From an uncultured Alphaproteobacteria bacterium (GTDB taxonomy: Bacteria; Pseudomonadota; Alphaproteobacteria; Rs-D84; CACZYB01), in assembly GCA_944392955.1 (NCBI GenBank), contig CALXYK010000004.1:3419-67418 (forward strand): a DNA stretch of 64,000 nucleotides, given 5' to 3'. The translations under genes and the position numbers were made by a program. Each line of letters starts with the position of its first letter. Position 1 is the first letter of the stretch. Below, piece by piece: positions 49,619 to 60,196 of the stretch. Below the pieces are notes generated by a model. It did no database searches. It was given only the letters and a program-made list of their open reading frames with translations, and had not been told where the DNA came from.

Positions 49619-51505
49619 CTATCTAGTTTTTTCAAATAAATTTGTAAATACTTCTTTTTCATGACTCTTTTTAATTTTTTCCATTTCTGATTTTCTTTGC
49701 ATTTCTATTAAATGCTCTTCTAAACCTTCATCTTCTTTAAAGCCAATATAATTTGTAGAATTATAGAAGTTATTCATATATTCATCATTTTCTACAACTA
49801 TATCTTCAATTTCTTCTACAATAGGATTTGTATTTTCTTCTATAACTGGCTCAATAACTTCTTCGGCTGGCACTTCTTCTACAACTGCTTCTTCTTTAAC
49901 AGCAGGTGCAGTTTCCTCAACAACATCTTCCACAACTGGCTCAGAAACTTCTTCGGATGGCACTTCTTCTACAACTGCTTCCTCTTTAACAGCAGGTGCA
50001 GTTTCCTCAACAACGTCTTCCGCAACTGGTTCTGTAATTTCTTCTGTTAGCACTTCTTCTTCAACAGCAGGTGCAGTTTCTTCAACAACCTCTTCTGCAA
50101 CTGGCTCAGAAACTTCTTCGGCTGGCACTTCTTCTACAACAGTTTCTTCTTCAACAGCAGGTGCAGTTTCCTCAACAATCTCTTCTGCAACTGCTTCAGA
50201 AACTTCTTCGGCTGGTGCTTCTTCTACAACTGCTTCTTCAACAGCAGGTTCAGTTTCTTCAACAACGTCTTCTGCAACTGGTTCAGAAACTTCTTCGGCT
50301 GGTGCTTCTTCAACAACTGCTTCTTCTTCAACAGCAGATTCAGTTTCTTCAACTAATTCTTGCTCTTCTGAAATATTATTCATGGACTCAGATAATAAAA
50401 ATCCCTTCATGAATTCACTTTCTAATTTAAACATATCATCAATATTTTCAGTGTTCAAAGTAGGAATATAATTATCACCATCATCAAAATACTCTTTTAA
50501 CAAATCAAAATTCAAAGTTTCTTCAACAACAGGTGCAGTTTCTTCAACAACCTCTTCTGCAACTGGTTCAGAAATTTCTTCTACTAATGCTTCTTCAACA
50601 ACCGCTTCTTCTTCAACAGCAGGTGCAGTTTCTTCAACAACCTCTTCTGCAACTGGTTCAGAAACTTCTTCGGCTGGTGCTTCTTCAACAACTGCTTCTT
50701 CTTCAACAACAGGTGCAGTTTCTTCAACAACCTCTTCTGCAACTGGTTCAGAAATTTCTTTGGCTGGTGTAAATTCTTCAAACATATTATTTACAACCAA
50801 TTCTGGTTCATCAGAAACACGAGATTTCACACTTTCAACTTGATTTTCTTCTGCAACAGAAACAACATCTTCAGCCACTTCTTCTTCAATAAAAGGATTC
50901 GCTCTAAAAATTATTCCTTTTTCAACAGGAGCCTCTTCAACCTTATCCATAACCCAACTATCAACATAAAAATCCAAATCGCCATTCATACGAAGTTGTT
51001 CTATTTGCTCCTGAGTTGGAATAATCAAAGATTGCCCTGCCCAAATTCTATTTACATTAGAAATATTATTCAAATAAGCAACTGCCTTTATTGCATTCAA
51101 AGAATATCTTCCATACTTATCAAATACTATTTCTGACAAAGTATCCCCTGTTTTTACAACATAATTAGAAGATTTTGCATCTTTTAGACCACTATCAGCA
51201 ACATAAGTATCATTATAAGTATCATTCAAAGAAATTGAAATATCAAAATTTTCCGCTTTTTGTTTCAAATCTGAAATTTTTTCATCTTGTTCTGTATCTT
51301 TTAAATTTTGTTCTACAACAAATGTATTAAAATTTTGCTTAGATTCGTTAATATCATCTTCTATATTAGAAACTTGCTTGTTAATAAAAATACCTGTTCC
51401 AACAGCAACCGTAATAATAGAGCCTAAAAGCAAAGACATTAAAATTCTATCTAATCTTTTTGCACTTTTAGATCTTATATCTATATTTTCGTCATTTTTT
51501 CTCAT
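49619..51505 (-). CDS. membrane-anchored LysM protein with long polyacidic tandem repeats
   Basis: N-terminal TM helix and LysM domain (TGDTLSEIVFDKYGRYSLNAI...WAGQSLIIP). These are followed by about 13 copies of a ~29-30-aa Glu/Val/Ala/Pro repeat (EEVSEPVAEEVVEETAPAVEEEAVVEEAPA) in two blocks. Confidence 0.6.
   Translation of the reverse strand: MRKNDENIDIRSKSAKRLDRILMSLLLGSIITVAVGTGIFINKQVSNIEDDINESKQNFNTFVVEQNLKDTEQDEKISDLKQKAENFDISISLNDTYNDTYVADSGLKDAKSSNYVVKTGDTLSEIVFDKYGRYSLNAIKAVAYLNNISNVNRIWAGQSLIIPTQEQIEQLRMNGDLDFYVDSWVMDKVEEAPVEKGIIFRANPFIEEEVAEDVVSVAEENQVESVKSRVSDEPELVVNNMFEEFTPAKEISEPVAEEVVEETAPVVEEEAVVEEAPAEEVSEPVAEEVVEETAPAVEEEAVVEEALVEEISEPVAEEVVEETAPVVEETLNFDLLKEYFDDGDNYIPTLNTENIDDMFKLESEFMKGFLLSESMNNISEEQELVEETESAVEEEAVVEEAPAEEVSEPVAEDVVEETEPAVEEAVVEEAPAEEVSEAVAEEIVEETAPAVEEETVVEEVPAEEVSEPVAEEVVEETAPAVEEEVLTEEITEPVAEDVVEETAPAVKEEAVVEEVPSEEVSEPVVEDVVEETAPAVKEEAVVEEVPAEEVIEPVIEENTNPIVEEIEDIVVENDEYMNNFYNSTNYIGFKEDEGLEEHLIEMQRKSEMEKIKKSHEKEVFTNLFEKTR
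49830..50790. repeat. coding tandem repeats (~87-90-bp unit) inside the acidic LysM protein gene
   Basis: Near-identical DNA units (…ttcttcaacagcaggtgcagtttcttcaacaacctcttctgcaactggttcagaaacttcttcggctgg…) recur through this interval. They generate spurious antisense ORFs. Confidence 0.7.
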
Positions 51506-51643
51506 AATTTTACCTCATAGCTTTGTCATTTTAGACAAACTATAATTAAAATATAATAATTTGTCAAGTAATATTTATAAAAAAATACTAGAAAATTTAT
51601 ATTTTTAATTATAAACTGAAAAATCATAAAAAAGGAGAAAACA

Positions 51644-52054
51644 ATGTATTCAAAAAAATTTAAAATAATATTTATATGTACTGTTATAATAGTTGCAATG
51701 TTCACCCTAATAAACAACGATGCAAAAAGTATGGATAAAAAGGCAGAAGTTATAATTTTTTATAGTCCCGTTTGTCCACATTGTCATGATGCCTTGGAAT
51801 TTTTAGATAAAATAAGCCCAAATTACAAAGACTTAAAAATAACAAAATATAACACATTTACAAAAACAGGAATCAATTATTACCAACATTATACAAAGAA
51901 ATTAAACATTGATAGTAATGGTGTTCCTATTGCTATATTTAATGACAAATATGAACTTGGATTCGGAAACGAAGAAACAACTGGTAAAAAATACATAGAA
52001 TATATAGAAGAAATGTTATCCGAAGATTCCGAAACAAATGAAAATAAAAAATAA
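51644..52054 (+). CDS. thioredoxin-fold CxxC protein (periplasmic thiol-disulfide oxidoreductase-like)
   Basis: N-terminal TM/signal segment. CPHC active-site motif in a thioredoxin-like context (VIIFYSPVCPHCHDALEFL). Confidence 0.55.
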   Translation: MYSKKFKIIFICTVIIVAMFTLINNDAKSMDKKAEVIIFYSPVCPHCHDALEFLDKISPNYKDLKITKYNTFTKTGINYYQHYTKKLNIDSNGVPIAIFNDKYELGFGNEETTGKKYIEYIEEMLSEDSETNENKK

Positions 52055-52082
52055 AAAAAGAGGTGATTTTCACCTCTTTAAT
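52052..52082. terminator. bidirectional terminator between the CxxC gene and kdtA
   Basis: Hairpin AAGAGGTG-ATTTT-CACCTCTT flanked by an A-run and a T-run. Confidence 0.5.
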
Positions 52083-52098
52083 TACATATAAAACGATA

Positions 52099-53376
52099 TT
52101 ATTTTAAACATCCAAGAACATCTTTTAATTTTTCCATAGTCCTAGAAAGCACATCTGCTTCCCTTTCTGCTACATAAAATGCCCTTGACATATAATCCTT
52201 TGCAATATCAGGATTTTCAAAGAACCCTTTTATTTTTGAAGCCAAATCTTCACCACTTTTAACTATAACAACAGCCTTTTCTTTTTCCAATAAATCATAA
52301 GTTTCTTTGAAATTATGGACATACTCTCCACTTAAAACAACATTATGAAGTCTTGCAGGCTCCATAGGATTATGCCCTCCCCATTTTATCAAGGAACCAC
52401 CCACAAATGAAATATCTGATAAAGTATAAAACAAACCTAACTCCCCCATAGTATTTGCTATATATACATCAACAGAAGAATCTAGTTTTTCCTTTTTAGA
52501 ACGAAGTGCAGATTTTAAACCATTTACTGTAAACAAATCCTTCAATTCTTCCCCTCTATCAGGATGTCTAGGAGCAAGTATCATCAAAACATCAGGAAAC
52601 CTTTTTTTGATAATAGTAAACGCTGTTAAACACATTTCCTCTTCCCCAGGATGAGTACTTGAAACAACGAAAACATGTCTTTTCCCAATTTTTGATTTTA
52701 AATCAGCTAACTCCTCTTTATCATAAGACAAAGGAGGAACTGCATACTTCAAATTACCAACACAATAAACATTGGAAAGTCCCATAACTTCAAGTCGTGC
52801 CTTATCTTCTTCTGACTTTCCAAAACCTAATACAAAAGCAGACATCAAAGCTTTTGCAACAGAAAGATTCTTTTTCCATTTTGGGAAAGATCTATCCGAG
52901 ATTCTACCATTTAAAAGCACAAGAGGAATACCATGTGCCTTTGCACTTAAAATTAAATTGGGCCAAAAATCACTATCTACAAAAAAGCCTAACTCTGGCT
53001 TCCAAAAATCAAAAAATCTATCTACATAAGCCTTTCTATCCACAGGTAAAAACTGATGAATAACCTTTTTCCCTGCCATCTTCTTCGCAATATTTTCGGA
53101 TGATGTCAAAGAAGATGTTGTTACAACGACATAAACATCAGGATATTTTTTCAAAATAAAGTCTATAACAGGTATAATAGAATTACTTTCCCCAACACTT
53201 GCAGCATTAAACCAAACAACCTTTCCCTCTGGTCTTTTTACAGAAGCAATACCAAAACGTTCCTTCTGACGTTTAGGATCTTTCGTTTCTAAGCCCTTTC
53301 TTCTTCTAATTGATAAAAGCGGACGAACAAAAGGCTTTAATAAAAAGGTAAGCATTCTATAAATAAATAACTTCAT
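52099..53376 (-). CDS. waaA: 3-deoxy-D-manno-octulosonic acid (Kdo) transferase
   Basis: 425 aa. KdtA N-terminal pattern (GKVVWFNAASVGESNSIIPVI) and C-terminal GT-B region. Confidence 0.8.
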   Translation of the reverse strand: MKLFIYRMLTFLLKPFVRPLLSIRRRKGLETKDPKRQKERFGIASVKRPEGKVVWFNAASVGESNSIIPVIDFILKKYPDVYVVVTTSSLTSSENIAKKMAGKKVIHQFLPVDRKAYVDRFFDFWKPELGFFVDSDFWPNLILSAKAHGIPLVLLNGRISDRSFPKWKKNLSVAKALMSAFVLGFGKSEEDKARLEVMGLSNVYCVGNLKYAVPPLSYDKEELADLKSKIGKRHVFVVSSTHPGEEEMCLTAFTIIKKRFPDVLMILAPRHPDRGEELKDLFTVNGLKSALRSKKEKLDSSVDVYIANTMGELGLFYTLSDISFVGGSLIKWGGHNPMEPARLHNVVLSGEYVHNFKETYDLLEKEKAVVIVKSGEDLASKIKGFFENPDIAKDYMSRAFYVAEREADVLSRTMEKLKDVLGCLK

Positions 53377-53460
53377 TTTTTAATCCTCCACAAATATTAA
53401 AAATAAAGGAAATTCTAACATACTAAAAAAAAAAAGCAATACTTTCCTATCATACCATTA

Positions 53461-54192
53461 CTACGTTTCATCAATATCCGCAGGCATAATCAACGGCATT
53501 CCTAATTCCCTATCTAATTTTATGGTTTTATCAACCATTTTATTTTCAAAATCAATTTTCACTTTTTGAAAATCTTTATCTGAAATATTCCTGTCAACAA
53601 AAAGAAAATCTCCTACCTCTATTATTGCCTTATGAAAAGGTTTAGTAATCATAAACCTATCCCAACTATTAAGTAATTTAGGATTCTTAGAAGATATGTA
53701 TACAGGAACAACCGGAACACCTGAAGCTTTTGCGAACAAAAAAGCACTTTCGCTAACAAACCTCATCCTAGGGCCTATTGGTCCATCTGGTGTAAATCCT
53801 ATAGAAACTCCACTTTTTAAAAGTTTAATAGATTTTATTACAACAGATCTAGCCTGCATAGTAGATTTAGAAGATGTAAGAATGTTCTTTACACCAAAAA
53901 ATCCAAACATTTTTCCTATTAAACGCCCATCTCTATGAGTAGAAAAAATACCATATATAGGATGTTTTTTCATTCCCAATTTATCATTCCAAAATTTTGT
54001 AATCAAAAAGCATCTAGAATGCCAAAAAACCAAAATAATAGGTTTCCCATCTTTCATGTAATCTTTTAGTTTATCAACATTTCTATATTCTACAAAGGTT
54101 GAGAAATAAATAAATTTAATAAACCAAAAAGCAATTACAGATAGTATATCAATGATTTTATTATTTGATAAAATTTTTTTTAATTTAGACAT
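53461..54192 (-). CDS. DUF374-family lysophospholipid-acyltransferase-like protein
   Basis: Motifs ILVFWHSRCF and GFTPDGPIGPR. Adjacent to kdtA, as is common for this family. Confidence 0.6.
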   Translation of the reverse strand: MSKLKKILSNNKIIDILSVIAFWFIKFIYFSTFVEYRNVDKLKDYMKDGKPIILVFWHSRCFLITKFWNDKLGMKKHPIYGIFSTHRDGRLIGKMFGFFGVKNILTSSKSTMQARSVVIKSIKLLKSGVSIGFTPDGPIGPRMRFVSESAFLFAKASGVPVVPVYISSKNPKLLNSWDRFMITKPFHKAIIEVGDFLFVDRNISDKDFQKVKIDFENKMVDKTIKLDRELGMPLIMPADIDET

Positions 54193-55421
54193 TAAATATC
54201 ACCCTCTCTTAAATCCAAAGAAAACACATCTTGATCCTTTTTATTACCTTTTTTCACTTTGTTTTTTAAATTATTTGATAAATTATTTAATTTCATATCT
54301 TTATCAAGTTTTTCAACATAAACAGAAGATGAAGGATAAGCTAAGGAAACACCTGCTTCTTCAACTACTTGTTTTATCTTTAAAATTAACTCTTCTTTAA
54401 TTTTCAACCACTCTGTCCAAACATTAGTACTAACAAAGCAGTAAATCAACAATTCTATTGAATAATTTCCAATTCTATCAAGCCTAACCTGTAAAGCAGA
54501 TTCCGGAGGTTTCACGAAACTATCACTTTCTATCAAATAACGTTCAATTTCCTGACGAACATATTTTAATTGATCCGAAGTTGCCCGTAAATCTATATTG
54601 ATAATCCATTCTATCCTTCTATACATTCTAGATGAAAAATTTATAACAGCAGCATCTGCCAAGGTACTATTAGGCACAAACAAAGGTGCCCTATCAAACT
54701 TTCTTATCATAGTAGAACGAAAGCCTATATTTTCAACAACACCCTCAATAGGTCTATCTACATCTTCAATTTTTACAATATCACCTACACTAAACCTGTG
54801 TTCAGAAATGATTGCAATTCCAGAAATAATATTCCTAAACATATCCTGAGCACCCAAAGCAACAGCCATACCAACAAGCCCTAAAGAAGCAATCAAAGTA
54901 CTAACTTTAACCCCCCATTTTTCCAGTAATGCTGATAACCCTATAACAATAATCAAAAATTTTGTAATTCTTACTATCCAAGTAATTATAACTGTTTTCG
55001 TATTATCCAAATGCGATTTTTTAAACACAAAAGCCAGCGGATTAACAAAAGAATAAATAATCCAGGTAAAAGTAAATATATATAATGAGCTTAAAAAATT
55101 TCTGGTATAATAAAGTAAATAAGGAGGAACTTTTAATACATCAATCGCAAAATAGAAACCAAATACAACTGGAATAAATTCAATAGGCTTACTAATTTCC
55201 CTTATAAATCTTTCTTGACTATATGTAATTTTTTTCAAAATAAGAAAATTTAAAATTTTAATAGCAAAAAAAGAAAATAAACTTCTTATCATCAAAGCAA
55301 ATAAAAAAATCAAAATCGCAGAAACAAGTCGTCCAATTTCCGTCATTTTAAGCCAAAAATAAAACTCATGCAAATACCTTGCGACAAAGGATAAATCAAA
55401 TAGTTCACTAAGCATACACAA
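54192..55421 (-). CDS. small-conductance mechanosensitive channel (MscS family)
   Basis: Pore helix plus beta-domain signature (GLVGMAVALGAQDMFRNIISGI...FSVGDIVKI...GVVENIGFRSTMIR). Confidence 0.85.
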   Translation of the reverse strand: MCMLSELFDLSFVARYLHEFYFWLKMTEIGRLVSAILIFLFALMIRSLFSFFAIKILNFLILKKITYSQERFIREISKPIEFIPVVFGFYFAIDVLKVPPYLLYYTRNFLSSLYIFTFTWIIYSFVNPLAFVFKKSHLDNTKTVIITWIVRITKFLIIVIGLSALLEKWGVKVSTLIASLGLVGMAVALGAQDMFRNIISGIAIISEHRFSVGDIVKIEDVDRPIEGVVENIGFRSTMIRKFDRAPLFVPNSTLADAAVINFSSRMYRRIEWIINIDLRATSDQLKYVRQEIERYLIESDSFVKPPESALQVRLDRIGNYSIELLIYCFVSTNVWTEWLKIKEELILKIKQVVEEAGVSLAYPSSSVYVEKLDKDMKLNNLSNNLKNKVKKGNKKDQDVFSLDLREGDI

Positions 55422-55478
55422 CCCTTTCTTTTTATACTAAGTAAGATTATAACAAAATTTTCAAGCAAAATCTACATA

Positions 55479-55859
55479 TTATTTTTGTAGAAAGCAATAT
55501 AATCTGAATGGGGTTAATATAAAAAAATTTGAAATTCCCAAAACCCGTTTTACTACTTCCACACAAGTAAATATACCAGTTTTTACCTTCATTTTTGGTT
55601 TATAATTTTTACAAACCTTTATAACAGATATTTGTTTTTGCTCAAACATTTTTTTTGTTTTTTCAACACCAAATGGCAAAAGCGATAATTCTATTTTATT
55701 AGAAACCGGATCCAAAACAAACGTCTGAAATTCATCACCAAAAAATAAAAAACAATGACGAAATCCTCTCTTTAAAAATTTCAAAAAGAATAAATCTGTA
55801 TCCGAAGAAAATCCGACATAAAAATCAGAAACAGAATTTAATAATCCAATTGTTTGCAT
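55479..55859 (-). CDS. hypothetical protein
   Basis: 126-aa ORF. No motifs. Overlaps the next ORF by 22 nt. Confidence 0.3.
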   Translation of the reverse strand: MQTIGLLNSVSDFYVGFSSDTDLFFLKFLKRGFRHCFLFFGDEFQTFVLDPVSNKIELSLLPFGVEKTKKMFEQKQISVIKVCKNYKPKMKVKTGIFTCVEVVKRVLGISNFFILTPFRLYCFLQK

Positions 55860-56218
55860 CTTACAATCCCCTTTTTCATAAGAATCGTTTCTAATTTATC
55901 CATAGCATCATCCCACCACAAAGCTTCTTCTTGCTCTTCTAAGATTCTATGATCCGGCACAACCTGCATTTTCCCATATTTAATAAGTGTTTTAAGATGT
56001 CTTTCACTAATTTTTCTAGCTAAATATAATTTTGAAACTACAATATATATATCGTCCAAATAACAAGGTCTTATTATTTTATTAGAAGAATTAGATTTAG
56101 AAAAAGATTTTTCCTCATATTTACAATACCAAAACCAAGCTTCCTCCGCCGAATCAAATAATACCTGATTCGGATTCTCTTCTGTAAGATAAAATTTCTC
56201 ATCCTTAACATTAAGCAT
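55838..56218 (-). CDS. hypothetical protein
   Basis: 126-aa ORF. Trp/acidic-rich. No motifs. Confidence 0.3.
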   Translation of the reverse strand: MLNVKDEKFYLTEENPNQVLFDSAEEAWFWYCKYEEKSFSKSNSSNKIIRPCYLDDIYIVVSKLYLARKISERHLKTLIKYGKMQVVPDHRILEEQEEALWWDDAMDKLETILMKKGIVRCKQLDY

Positions 56219-56384
56219 AATTCCCTCCTTTATTTTTGTCTTATTGTAGGAACAAAATCAGAACATTTTCAGAAATTAACACCCACAAAATAAAAAGTCA
56301 ACACTTTTCTACTTGCATTTTATATATTTTTCTAGTATAAGTTGTATATGTGAGGCTTGATATATTACAAAAGGGAGAAAAAAA

Positions 56385-56624
56385 ATGGATACAGAACACT
56401 CAAAAATTTGGCAAACAATAGATAAAATTGCCTATATAAACGGAATATCAGTATCAGCACTTGCAAAAAAAGCTGGTCTTGATGCAACCGCTTTTAATAA
56501 AAGTAAAAGATTTTATCCAAGTGGTAAGTTTAGATGGCCTTCAACCGAAAGTATTTGTAAGGTAATCAAGGCAACAAATATGACTTGGGAACAATTTACA
56601 AAATACCTTGAACAATCTATCTAG
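56385..56624 (+). CDS. small helix-turn-helix DNA-binding protein
   Basis: 79 aa. Helix-turn-helix motif ISVSALAKKAGLDATAFNKSKR. Preceded by GGGAGAAAAAAAATG. Confidence 0.4.
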   Translation: MDTEHSKIWQTIDKIAYINGISVSALAKKAGLDATAFNKSKRFYPSGKFRWPSTESICKVIKATNMTWEQFTKYLEQSI

Positions 56625-56724
56625 AAAAATTTTAAACTATAATTCATTATTTTAGTAGAAATCACAATATTTTTGTGGTATTATAGATTATAGTTTAAAA
56701 TAAAAACCTATATAAGGGGGAAAA

Positions 56725-57549
56725 ATGATGGATATGAATAATAACGATTTCTTCGGCGATATTAAAAAAGATGAATTTGAAGATGAAAACATTTCTGGTT
56801 CTGGCATAAACTACGGGGAAACGCCAAACAAATCATCTATAAAAACGATTCTTATTGCAATAGGTGCCGGTGCAATAGTTGCGGGTATATTTGTTTTGTT
56901 ATTAGGGCCAAATAACAATACAAAACCTAACAATTATGCGGAAATTCCTACCATTTCTTCCCCTTCTGAACCTATAAAAATAATTCCAGAAGATGAAAAA
57001 TTAAACGAGGTATTTCAAAATGCCAGCGTCTACAACCCAACAGATTTTGATGCCGAAGCCCAAAAACTCATGACAGATGCACAACAACCAGCTGAAAAAC
57101 CTGCTTCTGTTCAAAAAGTAGAACCTGTAAAATTACCTACACCTCCGGTAAAGGAAGTAAAAAAAGTTGAAACTAAAAAACCTTTACCTCCAAAATCAAT
57201 AAAGAAAACAACTTCTCAACCAAAACAAAAATTGATTGAAAAGGAAACCGAAGTAAAAGGAGAAGTAGAAGTATCTAAGGTATCTACCCCTACAAAAAAA
57301 ATTGGTGGAATTTGGAATGTTCAAATTACGTCAACAAGTTCTGAATCCGCTGCAAAAAAAGAATGGACAAACCTTGTTGCAAAATACCCATCCATACTAA
57401 AAGGTTTAGATCATACCGTCAGCAAGACTGAGGTAAATGGTAAAATTTATTACAGATTAAGAGTTTCTAATCTTGAATCAAGTGCAACTGCAACGGATAT
57501 TTGTAATAAATTAAAAAGCAATAATATCCCTTGTTTTGTAACAAAATAG
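56725..57549 (+). CDS. SPOR-domain cell-division protein
   Basis: N-terminal TM helix, Pro/Lys-rich linker and C-terminal SPOR domain (WNVQITSTSSESAAKKEW...KIYYRLRVSNLES). Confidence 0.7.
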   Translation: MMDMNNNDFFGDIKKDEFEDENISGSGINYGETPNKSSIKTILIAIGAGAIVAGIFVLLLGPNNNTKPNNYAEIPTISSPSEPIKIIPEDEKLNEVFQNASVYNPTDFDAEAQKLMTDAQQPAEKPASVQKVEPVKLPTPPVKEVKKVETKKPLPPKSIKKTTSQPKQKLIEKETEVKGEVEVSKVSTPTKKIGGIWNVQITSTSSESAAKKEWTNLVAKYPSILKGLDHTVSKTEVNGKIYYRLRVSNLESSATATDICNKLKSNNIPCFVTK

Positions 57550-57563
57550 TAGGAGTTTTACAA

Positions 57564-57752
57564 ATGGTACATTTCAGTGAAATTTTAGTAATTTTAGTAG
57601 TTGTATTATTACTATTCGGAACTGGGAAATTTCCAAAAATAATGGAAAATTTTGCAGAGGGGATTAAGGCTTTTAAAAACTCTATGAAGGAAAATGAAAA
57701 GCCTACAAAAAAAACTCAAAAAAAGAAAACACCTTCTAATAAAAAGAAATAG
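57564..57752 (+). CDS. tatA: twin-arginine translocase subunit TatA/E
   Basis: Start at the internal Met. TM helix followed by a hinge FGTGKFPKIM and an amphipathic helix. 62 aa. Confidence 0.8.
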   Translation: MVHFSEILVILVVVLLLFGTGKFPKIMENFAEGIKAFKNSMKENEKPTKKTQKKKTPSNKKK

Positions 57753-57828
57753 ATTTACTTTGAATATATGATATCATATAATTTACTAATAAGTAATAAG
57801 TGAATTTTATATCGTATAGAGTCTAAAT

Positions 57829-60114
57829 ATGAGAGAGAAAGAAAAATTTTTACCAACTAGTCTAAAAAATTATCTAACAAATTTAGAATTAAAATTTTTT
57901 GGAATTTTGCTTGTATTACTAAGTTTTTGGCTTTTCTTATCATTATTATCATATAACTCAGTTGATCCTTCTATAAATACAGGAAGCACATTTCATCTAA
58001 AAAATATAGGTGGCATTTATGGGGCAAACATATCAAATATATTACTATATTTTTTAGGATTAGGTAGTTTCTTTATTATATATGATATATTTTTAATAGG
58101 TAAATATTTCATATCAAAAACATCATTAAATAATCCTATAAAAAAGATTTTAATTTATCTTACATTATCAATTATTCCGACAACTTTGTCTTTGTCTTAC
58201 ATTTCAAATATTTGCCTAAAAACATTTCCTACTAAAACAGGTTTAGGAGGACTATTAGGATTAACTATTAAAACAGATATAAACACAATGCTAACATCAA
58301 TGGGGATAAGTGGGTATATGCACATAATAATATTTATAATATCCACCTTATTAAGTCTTATTACTCTTTATTTTGCATTAGATTTCACAATAAAATCACT
58401 GATACGATTTGAAAATTTTATAAGGTATTGCATCGCAACACTTAAAAATACATATCTATTTTTAACAACAAAAAAGACAAATAAAATCGTTATCAAACCT
58501 CAAAAAAGTAAATTAGTAAGTATTGCAAAAAAAATAACCTCTACTCCGCCTAAAAAAGAAGTTGAAAAAACACCGCAAAAAACCTCTACTATCCAACCAA
58601 AAATTGAAGAAAAAAAATATATATTCCCAAGTATAGAATTATTAAACAAATCTTCTGGAAATAAAACTAATACCAACACTGAATCTAATATAAAAAAAGC
58701 AAGGATGTTAGAAAATATTTTAAGGGAATATCATTTGGATGGAAAAATTACAGATATAAAAACAGGACCTGTCATAACACTTTTTGAAATGGAGCCAGGC
58801 CCCGGAATAAAAACTTCACAAATCAAAAACCTAAGCGAAGATATCGCAAGAAAATTAGAGGCTATCTCTGCCCGTATTGCAGTTATTCCTGGCACAAATA
58901 AAATAGGAATTGAACTTCCAAACCTTCACAGAATGAATGTAAATTTAAGAGAACAATTTGAAAGTGATACATTCAAACATACTGAACATAAACTTCCAAT
59001 TTCTCTCGGTGTTGATATAGGAGGAAGCCCTGTATTCATAGACCTTGCAACCACCCCACATTTACTAGTTGCAGGTTCCACCGGAAGTGGAAAATCCGTC
59101 GGTGTCAACTCAATGATTTTATCTTTATTATATAAATTAAGACCTGATGAATGCAAATTCATAATGATAGATCCAAAGGTTGTTGAATTTTCTGCATATA
59201 AAGACATTCCTCACCTTCTTATCCCTGTTGTAACAGAAGTAGCCAAAGCCGTAGCCGCATTAAAATGGGCCGTTTGTGAAATGGAGGAAAGATATAAAAA
59301 TATGGCTGCGATGGGATCAAAAAATATAGAAAGTTTTAATCAAAAGGCAAAATTAAAACAAGGACAATTTTTAACCAGACAAGTTCAAACAGGTTTTGAT
59401 CCAGAAACTGGCGAGCCAATTACCGAAGAACGAAAAATAGAAATAAAACCTATGCCATACATAGTTATAGTAGTAGATGAAATGGCAGACTTAATGCAAC
59501 AACGGAAAGAAAGACAAGAAGTTGAATCTGCGGTTGCAAGACTGGCTGCTATGGCTCGCGCAACTGGAATTCACCTTATTTTAACAACACAACGTCCATC
59601 TGTTGATGTCATAACAGGAACAATAAAATCCAACTTCCCTACACGAATAAGTTATAGGGTTCCATCAGGTCAAGATAGTAGAACAATACTAAATGAAAAT
59701 GGTGCAGAACTTATGCTTGGTAAGGGAGATATGTTATACATGGGAACAGGCGGTCATACTATTCGTATTCATGGTGCATTTGTAAGCGAATCTGAAATTG
59801 AAAATGTGGTATCATTTATAAAAACTCAGGCAGAACCAAATTACATCAAAACTATAACAATAGAAAAGCCAACCTCTGAAAACGCAATGTCATCAATAGA
59901 TAAGGCATCTTTAAAGGAATCAAAGGATAATGACTTATATTCACAGGCTGTTGAAATAGTTTTAACTTCTCAAAAAACCTCAATTTCTTATCTACAACGA
60001 CGCCTAGGTATAGGCTACAACAAATCCGCAAATTTAATAGAAAAAATGGAAGAACAAGGTATTTTATCAGAACCAGATTCTACCGGCAAACGAAGCCTAC
60101 TTGTAAAAAAATAA
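57829..60114 (+). CDS. ftsK: DNA translocase FtsK
   Basis: N-terminal 4-5 TM helices. Motor-domain Walker A GSTGSGKS and Walker B IVVDEMADLM. C-terminal gamma winged-helix domain. Confidence 0.95.
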   Translation: MREKEKFLPTSLKNYLTNLELKFFGILLVLLSFWLFLSLLSYNSVDPSINTGSTFHLKNIGGIYGANISNILLYFLGLGSFFIIYDIFLIGKYFISKTSLNNPIKKILIYLTLSIIPTTLSLSYISNICLKTFPTKTGLGGLLGLTIKTDINTMLTSMGISGYMHIIIFIISTLLSLITLYFALDFTIKSLIRFENFIRYCIATLKNTYLFLTTKKTNKIVIKPQKSKLVSIAKKITSTPPKKEVEKTPQKTSTIQPKIEEKKYIFPSIELLNKSSGNKTNTNTESNIKKARMLENILREYHLDGKITDIKTGPVITLFEMEPGPGIKTSQIKNLSEDIARKLEAISARIAVIPGTNKIGIELPNLHRMNVNLREQFESDTFKHTEHKLPISLGVDIGGSPVFIDLATTPHLLVAGSTGSGKSVGVNSMILSLLYKLRPDECKFIMIDPKVVEFSAYKDIPHLLIPVVTEVAKAVAALKWAVCEMEERYKNMAAMGSKNIESFNQKAKLKQGQFLTRQVQTGFDPETGEPITEERKIEIKPMPYIVIVVDEMADLMQQRKERQEVESAVARLAAMARATGIHLILTTQRPSVDVITGTIKSNFPTRISYRVPSGQDSRTILNENGAELMLGKGDMLYMGTGGHTIRIHGAFVSESEIENVVSFIKTQAEPNYIKTITIEKPTSENAMSSIDKASLKESKDNDLYSQAVEIVLTSQKTSISYLQRRLGIGYNKSANLIEKMEEQGILSEPDSTGKRSLLVKK

Positions 60115-60196
60115 TGCTGTATTAATACCTATTGCAATTCAAAAAAATTTCATGTATAATATAGACATATTAAACTTAAATGTATAGGACACTAAT

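Noticed and set aside
50071-50781. Leu/Gln-rich ORFs (50071-50412 +, 50533-50772 +, 50584-50781 -) and the possibility that the regular ~90-bp DNA repeats are a CRISPR array
   Set aside because: All lie inside the acidic-repeat LysM gene. The repeats are directly tandem with no unique spacers. They translate in frame as a continuous protein, and no cas genes are nearby. The extra ORFs are alternative-frame artefacts of the repeats.
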